NCBI GenBank assembly: GCA_965112155.1
Contig: OZ218099.1
Strand: one strand, 5' to 3'
DNA length: 64,000 nucleotides
Source: Podarcis liolepis
Lineage: Eukaryota
Shown here: positions 1 through 11,230 of the stretch, one piece after another
Layout of the letters: each line of letters begins with the position of its first letter
How positions within the stretch are numbered: the stretch's first letter is position 1
The notes under the pieces: model-generated
Told to the model about the DNA's origin: nothing
The model's database searches: none
Seen by the model: the letters and a program-made list of their open reading frames with translations, nothing else
Made by a program: the position numbers and the translations under genes

Positions 1-689
1 ATCTGGTGAAGGAGAGAAGCCAGAGTCCTGCCATTGCTCCCTTTTAAAGGAAGGAGGTGGGGTTCTACTCCTTTGCAGGCTGGCCTTAGCTCTCCTGATG
101 ACTTTCTTAATGGGTCTTCACCCTTCCATTTTGTCCTCTTTTAATGGCACCTCTCTCCAGGCAATTTCCTGAACATGAAGAAAACTGGTTTGGCCTGTAT
201 TATATTATTTGGCTTGCTAAACTTGGTGTCTGGCACTCAGGAATGAAAAGGGGAGTCCAGGAATTAGAAAGGGGCGCCCAAGAACCCCACAAACTCATAA
301 CAATACCACTTGCGTCTTGAGAACATGCTTGGGTATGTCCTCCCAGTTGCTGCTGCTTGCATCGTATTTAATCTAGTTCTGGAGGGTTCCCCACCCTAAG
401 AAGTTGCTTTGTTGGGGATACACAAAGGGTGGCTGTTGGAAGAGAGAGCCATCAAGGCTTCCATTTAAACAAATGGTGTTTTTTTTTGCATGATCCTTTG
501 GACTTCTGCCATACATTTCATCTTACCAAATAGTAAGAGTTCAACAAACCGTGAAATTGAGATACCCAGCTCCTTCCTTAGGTGGATTGAGCTCAATATT
601 CTACAGGAGACATTCAGCCAGCTCGTTGGAAAGATACTCTCAACATTACTCAGTTTTCATCATTAAATAAATACTGGACAGAGATAAAT

Positions 690-995
690 GCAACAAAAGT
701 ACTCCTAAGATGTCATCACAATTAAAACATCAAATTTTGGCTGACTCTGATGAGTGTTGGCAGTTTGGTAGTGGAAAGGATGGACTGAGACCCATGATTT
801 GGGACTGACAGATTATAACAGTTTTTGGCAATACATATTTAGATGTTTTAATTTGGTGTTGGGGACCACCTGTTCCTTTACAAGCTATTCTAGGCATTCT
901 TCCTAGAATATGGGGTTGGCTTGACAAGCAACAACTTTGGCTTCACCAAGGTTTTCTTGTTGCAAAGGAATTAATATTAAGATGTTGTAAATCTA
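690..995 (+). mobile_element. Degenerate L1/Tx1-clade LINE ORF2 C-terminal fragment (zinc-knuckle region)
   Basis: Manual translation gives ECWQFGSGKDGLRPMIWD*QII..FWQ, a decayed CWRC...HMxWxC...FW CCHC knuckle. It is followed by PLQAILGILP...WLHQGFLVAKELILRCCKS, typical of the L1 ORF2 end. Boundaries are approximate. Confidence 0.65.
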
Positions 996-1364
996 CATAG
1001 CTTCCAAATCGACAAGACATGCCAATCTTAAGCTTGCCAAGGTAAGTAACACTTGACTTCACTGGGACTTCCTACTGAGTAAGTGCACATAGAATTGCAG
1101 TATGAATCAATAAATGTGCCAGGAATGTGCATATTAGGCTCTTGGGGAAAATCTGAATTATTTGAACAAATTTGTGTTATAATACATTAGTAGCTTCCTC
1201 GGCTTGTGAACTGTATTGACAGCTAAATTAATAATAATTAGAGGGTACTGATGTGGCAATTAGTTGTTTGGATGTGACAATAAGTCATGGTATAGCATGA
1301 TGGGAACAAACTTAAATGACTCCCCATCTGGTGCAGCCACATGGAGGACTTCAGAAGCTTTAAC

Positions 1365-1365
<1 letters not shown>

Positions 1366-1408
<43 letters not shown>

Positions 1409-1456
1409 CATCATCATCATCATCATTATCATCATTATCATCATTATTATTATTAT
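1366..1456. repeat. Compound (TTA)n/(TCA)n microsatellite
   Basis: Directly visible. It explains the poly-L/I/N/D ORFs at 1238-1572. Confidence 0.97.
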
Positions 1457-2021
1457 CTGTAGCTTGTAATATCATCCAAACTAGTGCTGAAACCTCTCCT
1501 CCAAGTTCTGACAGGGCACAACAGAATAGCTTTGCAATTGTGGTGGGTGTGGGCTGGAATGTATCATTGTAAAGTGGCTGTGTGTTTTTTTCTTTTCATT
1601 AAACATTTATCTAGTTCTCTGCAGCCCACCAGGCTGCTTGTACCTCCTGATCTGTAAAAGCCCCATGGGAAGAATTACCTCCTGATTTCTTCCCCTGGGA
1701 TTCGATTAAATTGTGAGAAGTTGGGAAGACTGACTACTAACCACCTGCGATCAGTGAGTGCGCTGATTTTGTTTTTAAGGGAAGTCCTTACTTTTAACCT
1801 TTTCAAAAGATGTTTCTGCACTAATTTCTTTAAAAGTTAACTTTTTAATTAAAAAACAGGTAACTGTCAGGCACACGGTAGACAGCCCCGTGCCATGCTG
1901 TCCGCTGAGCTAACAGGAAAGTCCAGCTGATAATGTAATGGGGTTTTCAGGATGCATGGGCACCCAGGAGGGCTGCAGAACACAGGCCAGTAGAGAAATG
2001 ATTTGTAAAAAACAGGATTGC

Positions 2022-2575
2022 TGTCAGGGACTGGCAGGACTCCAAAGAGTGTGAGGCAAGAGAGGGGAGCAATGGTTTATGGGGTTTGACACTGCTTGCA
2101 AGGCAGGAGCCAGGGGAGGGGGGAGAGTCACAGCGGTCTGTATTGGAGGAAGGTGTGCCAAATGTGACAAAAAAGAGGCTGTTTAGTTGAAAGATAGACA
2201 GTAGATTCCCCACTTTCCCCCGCCCCATTGTCTCCTAGAACCAGAAGGGCTGGAAGCAGAAAAGAGCAGCAGTGATCACCATGCAGGAGAAATCTCAGGT
2301 TATGGGTGTGCAACTCGTCAGTTGAGGGTATATAAAATGGCAGAGGGGTGGCATCCCACTGTTGCTGCAACTACTCCACAGTGCCTAGAAGCTAGAATTG
2401 TGTGTACACGTGTATCCAGAACACTGTGGAAGCTGTGGTAAGGGCTTTTCTTGTCAATAAAGCTGGGTAGGGCCAGGACAATTATTCACAACCCCCCATG
2501 GCCATTTCCTGATGTAGATGTGGTTGCAGCTGATCAGGGGGACCGGACCCCTGTTCTTTTCATGTGCCGTTAACA
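2022..2575 (+). mobile_element. Solo-LTR-like element (Gypsy-type TG...CA ends) with a decayed internal ORF
   Basis: Starts TGTCAGGGACTGG, homologous to TGTCATGGACTGG at 31552. TATATAAAA at 2329, AATAAA at 2456, ends CCGTTAACA. No clear TSD, so the right end is tentative. Confidence 0.6.
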
Positions 2576-2898
2576 GCAGCTTGATCTGCAGAAAGCTTTT
2601 CAGGGCACGGAGGAGAAATTGCTGGCTAATGTCCACAGATCAAACTGCTCTTAAAGGAGTGGGGATCTAGTAAAGAAGTTGGCAACACACTATGGAGTTG
2701 AAATATGCCACACCTACCTATGCAATCAAGATGACGATGAGGAGGAGGAGGAGATTAAATTTGTATACCACCCTTCCCAGCATAAAAATATGATCAGGAT
2801 CTTGCCAAAAAAGTTTCACCAGGATAGATCAAAAGAGGTAACATTCTTAAAACATCAGTTACATAGAACAGGGAGATTTGCTATGGAATTCTTGAATA

Positions 2899-3129
2899 CA
2901 GTGGTACTTCAGGTTAAGAACTTAATTCGTTCTGGAGGTCCGTTCTTAACCTGAAACCGTTCTTAACCTGAGGTACCACTTTAGCTAATGGGGCCTCCCG
3001 CTGCTGCCACGCGATTTCTGTTCTCACCCTGAAGCAAAGTTCTTAACCCAAGGTACTATTTCTGGGTTAGCGGAGTCTGAAACCTGAAGCACCTGTAACC
3101 CGAAGCGTCTGTAACCCGAGGTACCACTG
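2899..3129. mobile_element. Tc1/mariner (pogo/Tigger-like) MITE
   Basis: TIRs CAGTGGTAC(T/C)TC(A/G)GGTTA ... TAACCCGAGGTACCACTG with TA on both sides. A close copy lies at 41469-41710. Confidence 0.88.
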
Positions 3130-5140
3130 TACTACAAAATTCATAAAATTCCAAGCATTCAGCAACCAATCCATTAATGATTATAGCTCTTTGTGTGATA
3201 TTTGTGCACATTTGGGAACGAAGTATCCTGTTAAGAAGAAGTCATTTGAAGAGGCTAGGTGCTTAGGAGTTGCTAATGTTCAAGATCCATGACAACTGAG
3301 TAAAACTATTCTCTGAATTTAGTAGTCAAGCATCTTGCATTCCAGACACTCTTCACAATCTGCTGAAGGGATTCCAGTAGTCAGGATGAAAACACAAGAC
3401 AAAATAAAGTCAAATATAAATTGTTTCTGTTGCTTTTGGACAGGTTTGTCTGGAAACGGGGCCAGCGTCTGATTTTATTCCAACATCCAAGCAATGAAGA
3501 GAACCTTTACACTCGGCAAACAAAAAACTCAAATGCGACTTTGGCATTCTTTTTTCGTATCCTGTTACACTGTGAGCATGTGTTGTGTTGGCTTCTGTGG
3601 ACAAAGCAGATAGGGCAGATTTTTAAATTGGAACTTTCTGCAAGCGCCAAAGGCATATTTTTGTCAACGATAACTTTTAAAAATAGTGCTGTAGGGTCTG
3701 TTTATACTGAGCGTATGTTTTTCTCCTACAAAAATCTGCTGCTTAAAAAATGCAATTCTGTTATCAGAATCAGCCAGCTGCTTACCACAGAAACAAGGCA
3801 AAGTTATGAGAAGGACCCATTGTCTAACTTTCTCTTATCTCCAGGGCTGCAAACAAGGTTGTGTGCCTATTTCAATTTGAAGACAGTTAAGGAGACAGTT
3901 TCCTGCCCCCTTGGTAGAATCAGCCATTGCTGGGATCTAAATATCACACAACCCTGCCAGAAGCCTCTGCCACCCCAGTTTTATGGCTGAAATCATCTGT
4001 GAAATCCACTTCCTTCCTAGACACATTGGAAGTTTCCAATACTTGCAAACAGAGAGGTTGCACTTAAGAGACATTTCCCACATTTTTCTTTACCAAAGTT
4101 CTGAGCATTTCTACATGGAAGATGTCCCTGCTAAAAAGTGAGACAAAAGGAAAACAGCTTTTCAGATGGTGCAAGACAGCAGAGTAGAGGGATGCCCTGT
4201 TATGTTGTTGGATCCATGTTTTAATCAAACCAGCCTGATTCACATCCCCATGATTCACCCATAACCAGAAGACAGCTACCCTTTGGTTTCTGCACTACTC
4301 TAAATTTTGCAACATAGTTCTTTGCTTTAAAAAGATGCAAAGGGTGGCATTCAAGTAAGTTTCATAGAGTAGACGCATTGAAATTAATGAACATGACTAA
4401 GTTTGTTCCATTGATTTCAGTGGGTCCACCTGAAGAAAACGTAGTGGAATACCACCCCAAGTAATTCAGGTCTATGGTGGTTGACTTGATTTGGACCAGA
4501 CAACCTTGATCATCTGTTTCAGATGTTGCAATATGATACCTGACAGAATCATTATAGAGCTTTCCATTTTCTCTTGCACTTCCTCTGTGCATGCACACTC
4601 TCTGGGAATATGATACTGGTAACGTTAAGATAAGCTGGACAGCATGATTACAGTAGCTATAGGGAATTAACATAGCTTTCATAGGAGGATTCAGAAACCA
4701 GTTGTGATCCATTCAAAACAAATTATCTTGTCTCAGTTCAAGAGTGCCAACCAGGAACTCCATGTGGTACAAGGCAGTGGGAGACAATTTCATTAATACA
4801 TATTAATTCTGCAAAGCTCTTAAAGACTTGTTTCTTTGTTCTAATGCTGGGCTGTTTATTTTTAAGGCTTATTGTTGCAGCAGGGTTACTTTGAAACAAT
4901 GCCATTGGCTCCTAGGGGTATCCTTATTCAAGTTCACTCAAGTAGGATGTAATGAGAAACATTTTATGTCTTTCCTATTACAAAATAGATCTCTTTTCTC
5001 GTTAAGAAGCTGGCGCTCAAATGATTAAGACTACTTAATCCCACCTAGAATAGAAACTGCACCACCCCAAAACGTCTGCTTTAAATGACAGAACAAAAGG
5101 CAGAACAGAATGTGGCAGCCTTGAACTCAAAGACTTAGAA

Positions 5141-5273
5141 CATGGGCCGACAACATGGCAGCCGTCAGATGTTGTTAGGTCACAACTTCCATCAGCCCAG
5201 CCAACATGGCCAGATGTCAACGATGGTGGGAGTTGTAGCCCAACATCTGGAGGGCACCAAACTGGTTATCCCT
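5141..5273. mobile_element. Degenerate palindromic hAT MITE (same family as 5777-5912)
   Basis: Has the CAGATGTTG...CAACTTCCATCA ... TGGGAGTTGTAG..AACATCTG inverted core and ends CCCTG. Confidence 0.65.
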
Positions 5274-5558
5274 GTTTAGAACTCAGGGTGGGATGGGGGA
5301 ATCATAGTTCAGTCCATTCATGTTTGGTGGGTGGGTGGCATTTGACAACACATTTTCTCTCTCAAATCTTTATTGCATTGAAAATAATGCCACCCAGCAG
5401 GCGCCAAGATCTTTCTCTTAAAGAAGGCGGCTGAAGGAAGGAATCCATTGAGGAAAGAGATTGTGGTGGCGGTGAAAACTACAACACGTTAAAAAAACCA
5501 AAATACTCACCTTGGATATTTAAGATTAAAGTGCAAAACAATAACAAAAGCTCAATAA

Positions 5559-5711
5559 TTCCTTCTAGTAGCACCTTAGAGACCACAAGTGTGCATGCAC
5601 AGGGAAGCTCATACCAATAACAAACTTAGTTGGTCTCTAAGGTGCTACTGGAAGGAATTTTTTTATTTTGTTTCGACTATAGCAGACCAACACGGCTACC
5701 TACCTGTAACT
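5559..5711. mobile_element. Penelope-like retroelement terminal remnant with inverted duplication
   Basis: Inverted arms TTCCTTCTAGTAGCACCTTAGAGACCA / TGGTCTCTAAGGTGCTACTGGAAGGAA surround GTGTGCATGCAC. Flanked by a 13-bp direct repeat with 1 mismatch: AAAAGCTCAATAA (5546-5558) and AAAAGCGCAATAA (5712-5724). Penelope assignment is from recall of the squamate motif. Confidence 0.65.
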
Positions 5712-5776
5712 AAAAGCGCAATAAGAACATGTGTGTGCATGTAAAAAAGAATTAAAGCGATGCTATCAGTATAGAT

Positions 5777-5912
5777 CAGGCTTCCTCAAACTTGGCCTTT
5801 CAGATGTTTTGAGACTACAATTCCCAGCACCCCTGACCACTGGCCCTGCTAGCTAGGGGTCATGGGAGTTGTAGGCCAAAAACATCTGGAGGGCCGAGTT
5901 TGAAGAAGCCTG
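5777..5912. mobile_element. hAT (Charlie/URR1-like) palindromic MITE
   Basis: TIRs CAGGCTTCCTCAAACT...AGTTTGAAGAAGCCTG. Exact 8-bp TSD GTATAGAT (5769-5776, 5913-5920). Confidence 0.92.
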
Positions 5913-6602
5913 GTATAGATCACCCAACCTATGAAACACAGAATGACTTGTGCCTTTGTCATGCATACCTAGCACAAAGGCCTGCCTCACTGTCTATATC
6001 ACCAAAGTACTTCCATGTTACAGAACCAGTAAGCAGACTAGATAAAGAGTTGCTGCTGAGGATTGATCACATGGTCCGAAACGAGTGACAGGCGGTGCCC
6101 TGCTTGCCAACTACACACCCAAGAGGCAGCATAGGGATGGTTTTAAAGCAAATATTCCAGCCTGCCATTTCCCGTAAGAAGGTTAGAAATCTCAACTGTG
6201 AGTAGAGTTGCTGACACGGCGAGCTTGAGCCTCCTGCTTTATGCGCTTACAAGTCGATGTGCAGAAGCAATGACGGTTGTGTGATCAAATCCACTCTTTT
6301 CAAAAACAGAACGACTTCCCCATTGACGGGGGAAATGGAAAGGTTCCATTGCAGAAGTTCAAGCCTTATAACAAAAAATCAGAACCCGATTCTCTCAAGA
6401 AGATCTGCTAGCAAGGGATTCCACCGGCTGGTTTGCAATGGCAGGCAGGGCTGCCTACCCATGAATGCATACCCCAATAGTGTCATTCAAGTGGCACACT
6501 GTGTCCAGACATTATCCGAACTTTTAGGGGGGAAGTGCACACCTCTTTAACTATGTATGGCTTCTCATCATGCTGGCTACACGTGATTGCTAGGATCAGA
6601 AG

Positions 6603-7104
6603 CATAGCTGTCAACTTACAGATTTGAAAATAAGGGACCAGCAGCCTCGAAAATACGGGATCAGCAGCCAAATTAAGGGATTTTCTGGGCACAGGTATGT
6701 TCAACTTCTCAGCGCCTCCAATCCAAAGGCAGAAAGCCCAGCCAGCAGCCAAACGAAGCCTCAAGTGGTGGTTCCCACATCGCAGCAACCCGGCAAAGGG
6801 GATGCAGCAAGGAAAACCACCATCACAAAGGCGAGTCCCCAGGCAACACGGCCAATTTGATCGGCACAAGGCATGCAAGCTCCACCCCCAGTCGTTCTTA
6901 GACTCCTTATTGGGTGAGCAACGCAGCCAAGCAACACAGTTGGAGCCTCCCTTCTCCCTGGTCGGCAGGGAGGGAGAGAGAGAGAGGAGCTGCTTCCTTT
7001 GAAACCCGGGAAATTTAAGGGACATCGTCAATAAGGGACAGCAGCGGGACACAGCGCTAGGATAAGGGACTTTCCCACCAAATAAGGGACAGTTGACAGC
7101 TATG
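6603..7104. mobile_element. Non-autonomous hAT-like DNA transposon
   Basis: 14-bp perfect TIR CATAGCTGTCAACT / AGTTGACAGCTATG and repeated subterminal TAAGGGAC motifs. 8-bp TSD ATCAGAAG (6595-6602 and 7110-7117), with 5 extra nt on the right. Explains the ORFs at 6483-7217. Confidence 0.85.
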
Positions 7105-7117
7105 ATATGATCAGAAG

Positions 7118-7212
7118 TTGGCATCTGGTCAGCCACTATGGGATAGAGGCTGTTGAACTGGATAGGCCTTTGGTGTGTTCCAGCGGGACGTTTCTTATGT
7201 TCTAATGTTCTT
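7118..7212 (+). mobile_element. 3' end of a CR1-type LINE or derived SINE
   Basis: GCATCTGGTCAGCCACT...GGCCTTTGGTGTGTTCCAGC...TTCTTATGTTCTAATGTTCTT, an octamer-repeat tail. A related copy lies at 43765-43882. Confidence 0.55.
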
Positions 7213-7724
7213 CCCACCCTTATAAGTGATTCTGTCCAAGGTGTGGTTTGGATTTCGCCAGCTTTTTCTGGAATATATCCAGAGGGGAAACAGCCAGTGC
7301 AGACACACCCTAAAGGAAGCTGGCATTCCCTGATGGGAAGGGCCTAGGAAGGACAAGGCATGACAACAGGAGCGTGATCGCTGAAGAGGGATTTGGAAAT
7401 TCAAGAAGGGAAAAAAGAAAACACAAATGGAAAATTTAAGACAAAGTGGCAAGTGGCCAAGAAAGAATCAGACAAAACATTTCTGAAAAAGAACAAGGTT
7501 GCATGGAAGAAAAATGTCTGTTGTTCTAATCATCATAGGGACTGTAACACCATATGCAACAGGAAATTGAACCATGGCACTCAACTGTCTTATTTTCCCT
7601 TTGATTTTAAATGTTCTGTGGAACCATCCTTAGACCACAGATTATTATTTTTGAACAGGAAGAAGAATTGAGACATTGTATTGAGGAATCAGCCCCTCTT
7701 TTTACAATGTACTGTGAGATTAAA

Positions 7725-7979
7725 AGCCAGTGTGGTGTAGTGGTTAAGAGCGGTAGTCACGTAATCTGGGGAACCGGGTTCGCGTCTCCGCTCCTCCACA
7801 TGCAGCTGCTGGGTGACCTTGGGCCAGTCACACTTCTGTGAAGTCTCTCAGCCCCACTCACCTCACAGAGTGTTTGTTGTGGGGGAGGAAGGGAAAGGAG
7901 AATGTTAGCCGCTTTGAGACTCCTGAAGGGGAGTGAAAGGCGGGATATCAAATCCAAACTCTTCTTCTTCTTCTTCTTC
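7725..7979 (+). mobile_element. Squam3-like tRNA-derived SINE, full length
   Basis: A box (TGGTGTAGTGG) and B box (GGTTCGCGTCT) in the tRNA-like head, with a (CTT)n tail. Close copies lie at 58896 and 61421. Confidence 0.9.
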
Positions 7980-9904
7980 AATTGGGGAGGGGTCCCTTTA
8001 AGCATTACCCTGGACGTGTAGGAGCAACATTTCCTAAAAGGCTAGTGACATTTAAATGGTCCAACCATGTGGGCCAATTTGCATTGATGACAATTACTAA
8101 ACAGGACCCATGGAAGGGGACTGATTCAGTGGAAAGAGCTATAGCAATCAGCTACGACTCGTGCAGTTGGGTCATTTAAATGTTACCCCGGCCATGTAGA
8201 AGCCACTCATGGAAAAGTGGCGTGCGTATGCCTATGGTAATGTATAAGTTCCTCTCAGAGATCTACAGCCAAACCAAATTCTAATGAAAAAATGCACATT
8301 CTGTGTTATCAACAGGCTTTCTTCTATTTACCAGGAAACAAGGAATAGAGGAGAAATTTGTTTGAAAGAATGAGGAAATGCCATTTTATGTGCACAGCAA
8401 GACCCCCTACCACTCAAACATCCTGAATTCTGTGATTGCGAATGCTCCAAATGAATACCAACATTAGTTCTTTGCTCCTAATATAAGAAAAATTCACAAA
8501 ATATACTCAGTGAAGTTGTACCTGCTTTCCCATAGGTACAGGAATGTTACTTTATATAGGTTCCTTAAGAGTAGATGAATTTAAAGGACAAACATATTTC
8601 TGCGGTAGCTCAGGCACAATATTCCTTTCCTCTACAGCAATCCAACGGAACACATTTTGTTTAACAGAAGGAAAGCATACCAACGTATGGTCAGAGCTTA
8701 ATTATCTAAGCATTTACACAATTTTAATGAATAGCTCCAGCAATTTTGCACATAAATATCTGACCCTAGGGTTGTTGTAATTTATAGAGTTTCCACTTAT
8801 GGAAAGTATTCTAGCATTTTCTGCATGACCTCTATATACTGCTTCTGAACTTCAACTGGGTGTTCCCTTTGTTGCTAGTTCATCCGTTTTCACTTTTTCC
8901 ATTTTCTTGAAATATGCTCACTGTATCTGGAACTGGCCCTCCAAAATGATCTAAGGAGGCTGAAATCCTAAAGATTCTTCCTAGGAAAATACGTTTTATG
9001 AAACTCAGTGAGACCTCTGAATGAACAGGTAGAGATTTTCATTTATTTCACAAGTACAACTCATTGTTAAAACCGTGCTAATGGAAGACAATCTTACTCG
9101 GCTATGCCAAAGAAGAAGAAGATTCTATTAGAAGTCAAGAACTTTACAAAAAAAAAAGAGACCCCAAATTAAGCAATGTTCAGCCCAACTAATTTCTATA
9201 GAAGACTTTAAGTGTATGCTTAAATATTCACCATTCTATATTAGTGGGAGATTTCAGCAACTGAAATAAGAGCTCGGTCAAATTTTGAGGGGTTTTGTCT
9301 TCCGTGTTAGAATTTTCATGTTCTGTGTGAGAGAGCTTTTCCTGAATGGCTAAGCAAATGGCACAAACATCAAAAGAATTTTTCCGTTGTTCCCCTGAGT
9401 CCTGGACACCAACTACAGCTCAGATACAACTGTGCCAAAGCCCCTACTGTTTAAATTAACAGTAATTAAATTTAACAGTAATTAAATTTAAATTAAATTA
9501 ATGTTTAAATTAACCATGCGGCCCCATGCTGGGCTACGGGGCAACACGCAAAGAAGCTCACAGGCTTTGAGTGCAAGGGAACTATGCAATGTTTCAGTTT
9601 TCTGGCAAAGTTTGGGAAAACTCCTAGATCCAACTAAGCGAAGCCTTAGGCAAGCTCTTTACAGACTCTCTGTAAGCCCTCTTCCTTGGCCTATTTGGTT
9701 GGCAATGACCCCACTCCCCAGACCTCCTACAGTCAAATGGGTGGCACAAGTTTAGAGAGAGAACATTAAAGGATTCTGTATACCTTATTTTGTCAGAGAT
9801 AATTCCTAAGCATGATGAGACCTCAGGAACTGAACGGCTCCCTGGCTGCAAATTCTTTCCTTAACTGTGTCTTGTGGGACCACTCTGTTCCAATTTTTTT
9901 TTGC

Positions 9905-10089
9905 TTATTACATTTATATCCCATTTTTCCTCCCAGTTAAGACAAGGTGGCATATATGGTTCTCTTCCTCCAGGTTAGGGCTGAGAGACTGACTGGTCCA
10001 AACTGACCTAGTGAGCTTCGTGGTTGAGCAAAGATCTGAGTCCTCTTCTCCTAAGTCCTAGTCTAACACTCTAACCATTACACCACATT
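9905..10089 (-). mobile_element. Old degenerate tRNA-derived SINE (Squam3/MIR-like)
   Basis: The reverse strand begins ATGTGGTGTAATGGTTAGAGTGTTAGACTAGG and ends in an A-rich TAAATGTAATAA tail. Confidence 0.7.
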
Positions 10090-10905
10090 TGAATTATTGT
10101 ATGTCGTGTGTGTCCAGGACATGTACATATTTTTTTAAAGAGAAATTCAACCTACTGAAATTTATATAGATGGGCCACTCAAACAGGGTGGTCCTTTTTG
10201 ACAGTAATAAAAATGAAACTGAAATGAGATTGTTTTGATTTGGCTCCATTTGAAATCAACTAGACTTGAAGGTGCCTTTTCTTTCTTTAAAAAAGGACTG
10301 CTTCCAGGGTCTTTTGTCAATTTCCTCAACTGATCTTAAAAATGATATAATTAAGCATGTGCCTGTTTTGCTATCCTCACACTTTCTTTTAAAAGTAAAT
10401 AGTTTTTATAGATCCTTCCAACAAATTTTGACCCTTCTGAAAATGCCAAGCCTTGAAATGTGCTAATGACTAATGTCAATGTTTGGGGGGTTATGGAAAT
10501 TCTTACTGAATTAAAGCTATGCCAAAAATATGTTTGCATTGTCTAAACCAGTATATAAATTATGTTACCCAGAACCTTGTCGTATTAACATTTTAATTAA
10601 AAAACTACTATATACCGGTTATGAACAAAGTGCAACACACGTCTTCTTTAATTCTGAACCAGAGTAATATGCTGATCATCTTCGTAATCAGAATATTTTA
10701 AAACAAAATACCAAGTGTGCTTTAATTAATGTTGGGAAGGCTAAAAAGAAATTAGGGAGAAAAAGAGGTTAGAAAGGCTAATGATTATTTGATCAAATAC
10801 CATAAATGTTAAAAAGACAATATTTATTTGATAAGGTCTGGTTTGGAAATGAATCAAGGAACAAAAGTAGTAGCTATGAATGAATAAGCGATAGTGATAG
10901 TGATA

Positions 10906-11159
10906 CAGTGGTACCTCTGGATGCGAATGGGATCCATTCCGGAGCCCCGTTTGCATACTGAGTAGAACGTAACACGTGACTGTGCATCTGTGCATCTGCG
11001 GGTCGCATTTCGCCGCTTCCGCGCATGACGTCATTTTGAGTGTCTGCACATGCGCGAATGGCGAAACCCAGAAGTAACGCACTCCATTACTTCCAGGTCG
11101 CCGCGGAGTGTAACCTGAAAACGCCCAAACTGAAGCATATTTAACCCGAGATATGACTG
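10906..11159. mobile_element. Tc1/mariner-type MITE (related TIR family)
   Basis: TA-CAGTGGTACCTC ... GAGATATGACTG ends, with a CpG-rich, partly palindromic interior. Confidence 0.8.
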
Positions 11160-11160
11160 T

Positions 11161-11230
11161 CTAGCTATAGATACAACTATAGCTATAGCTATAGCTATAG
11201 CTATAGCTATAGCTATAGACATAGATATAT
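11161..11230. repeat. (TAGCTA)n self-complementary hexamer microsatellite
   Basis: About 7 tandem copies directly visible. It is the source of the AIAIAI ORF. Confidence 0.9.

Noticed and set aside
1238-1572. ORFs with poly-Leu/Ile/Asn/Asp tracts resembling signal peptides or low-complexity proteins
   Set aside because: They are translations of the (TTA)n/(TCA)n microsatellite.
3421-3990. 189-aa ORF
   Set aside because: Non-ATG start, no recognisable domain and no convincing splice context. Its length is compatible with chance in 64 kb over six frames.
6483-7217. 244-aa minus-strand ORF, the longest in the window
   Set aside because: It spans a GC-rich non-autonomous transposon and its flanks, with no transposase or other motifs.
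7725-7800. tRNA-like sequence with A/B boxes (also at 58896, 61600 and about 39815)
   Set aside because: These are heads of tRNA-derived SINEs. I see no complete cloverleaf, and they continue into SINE body sequence.
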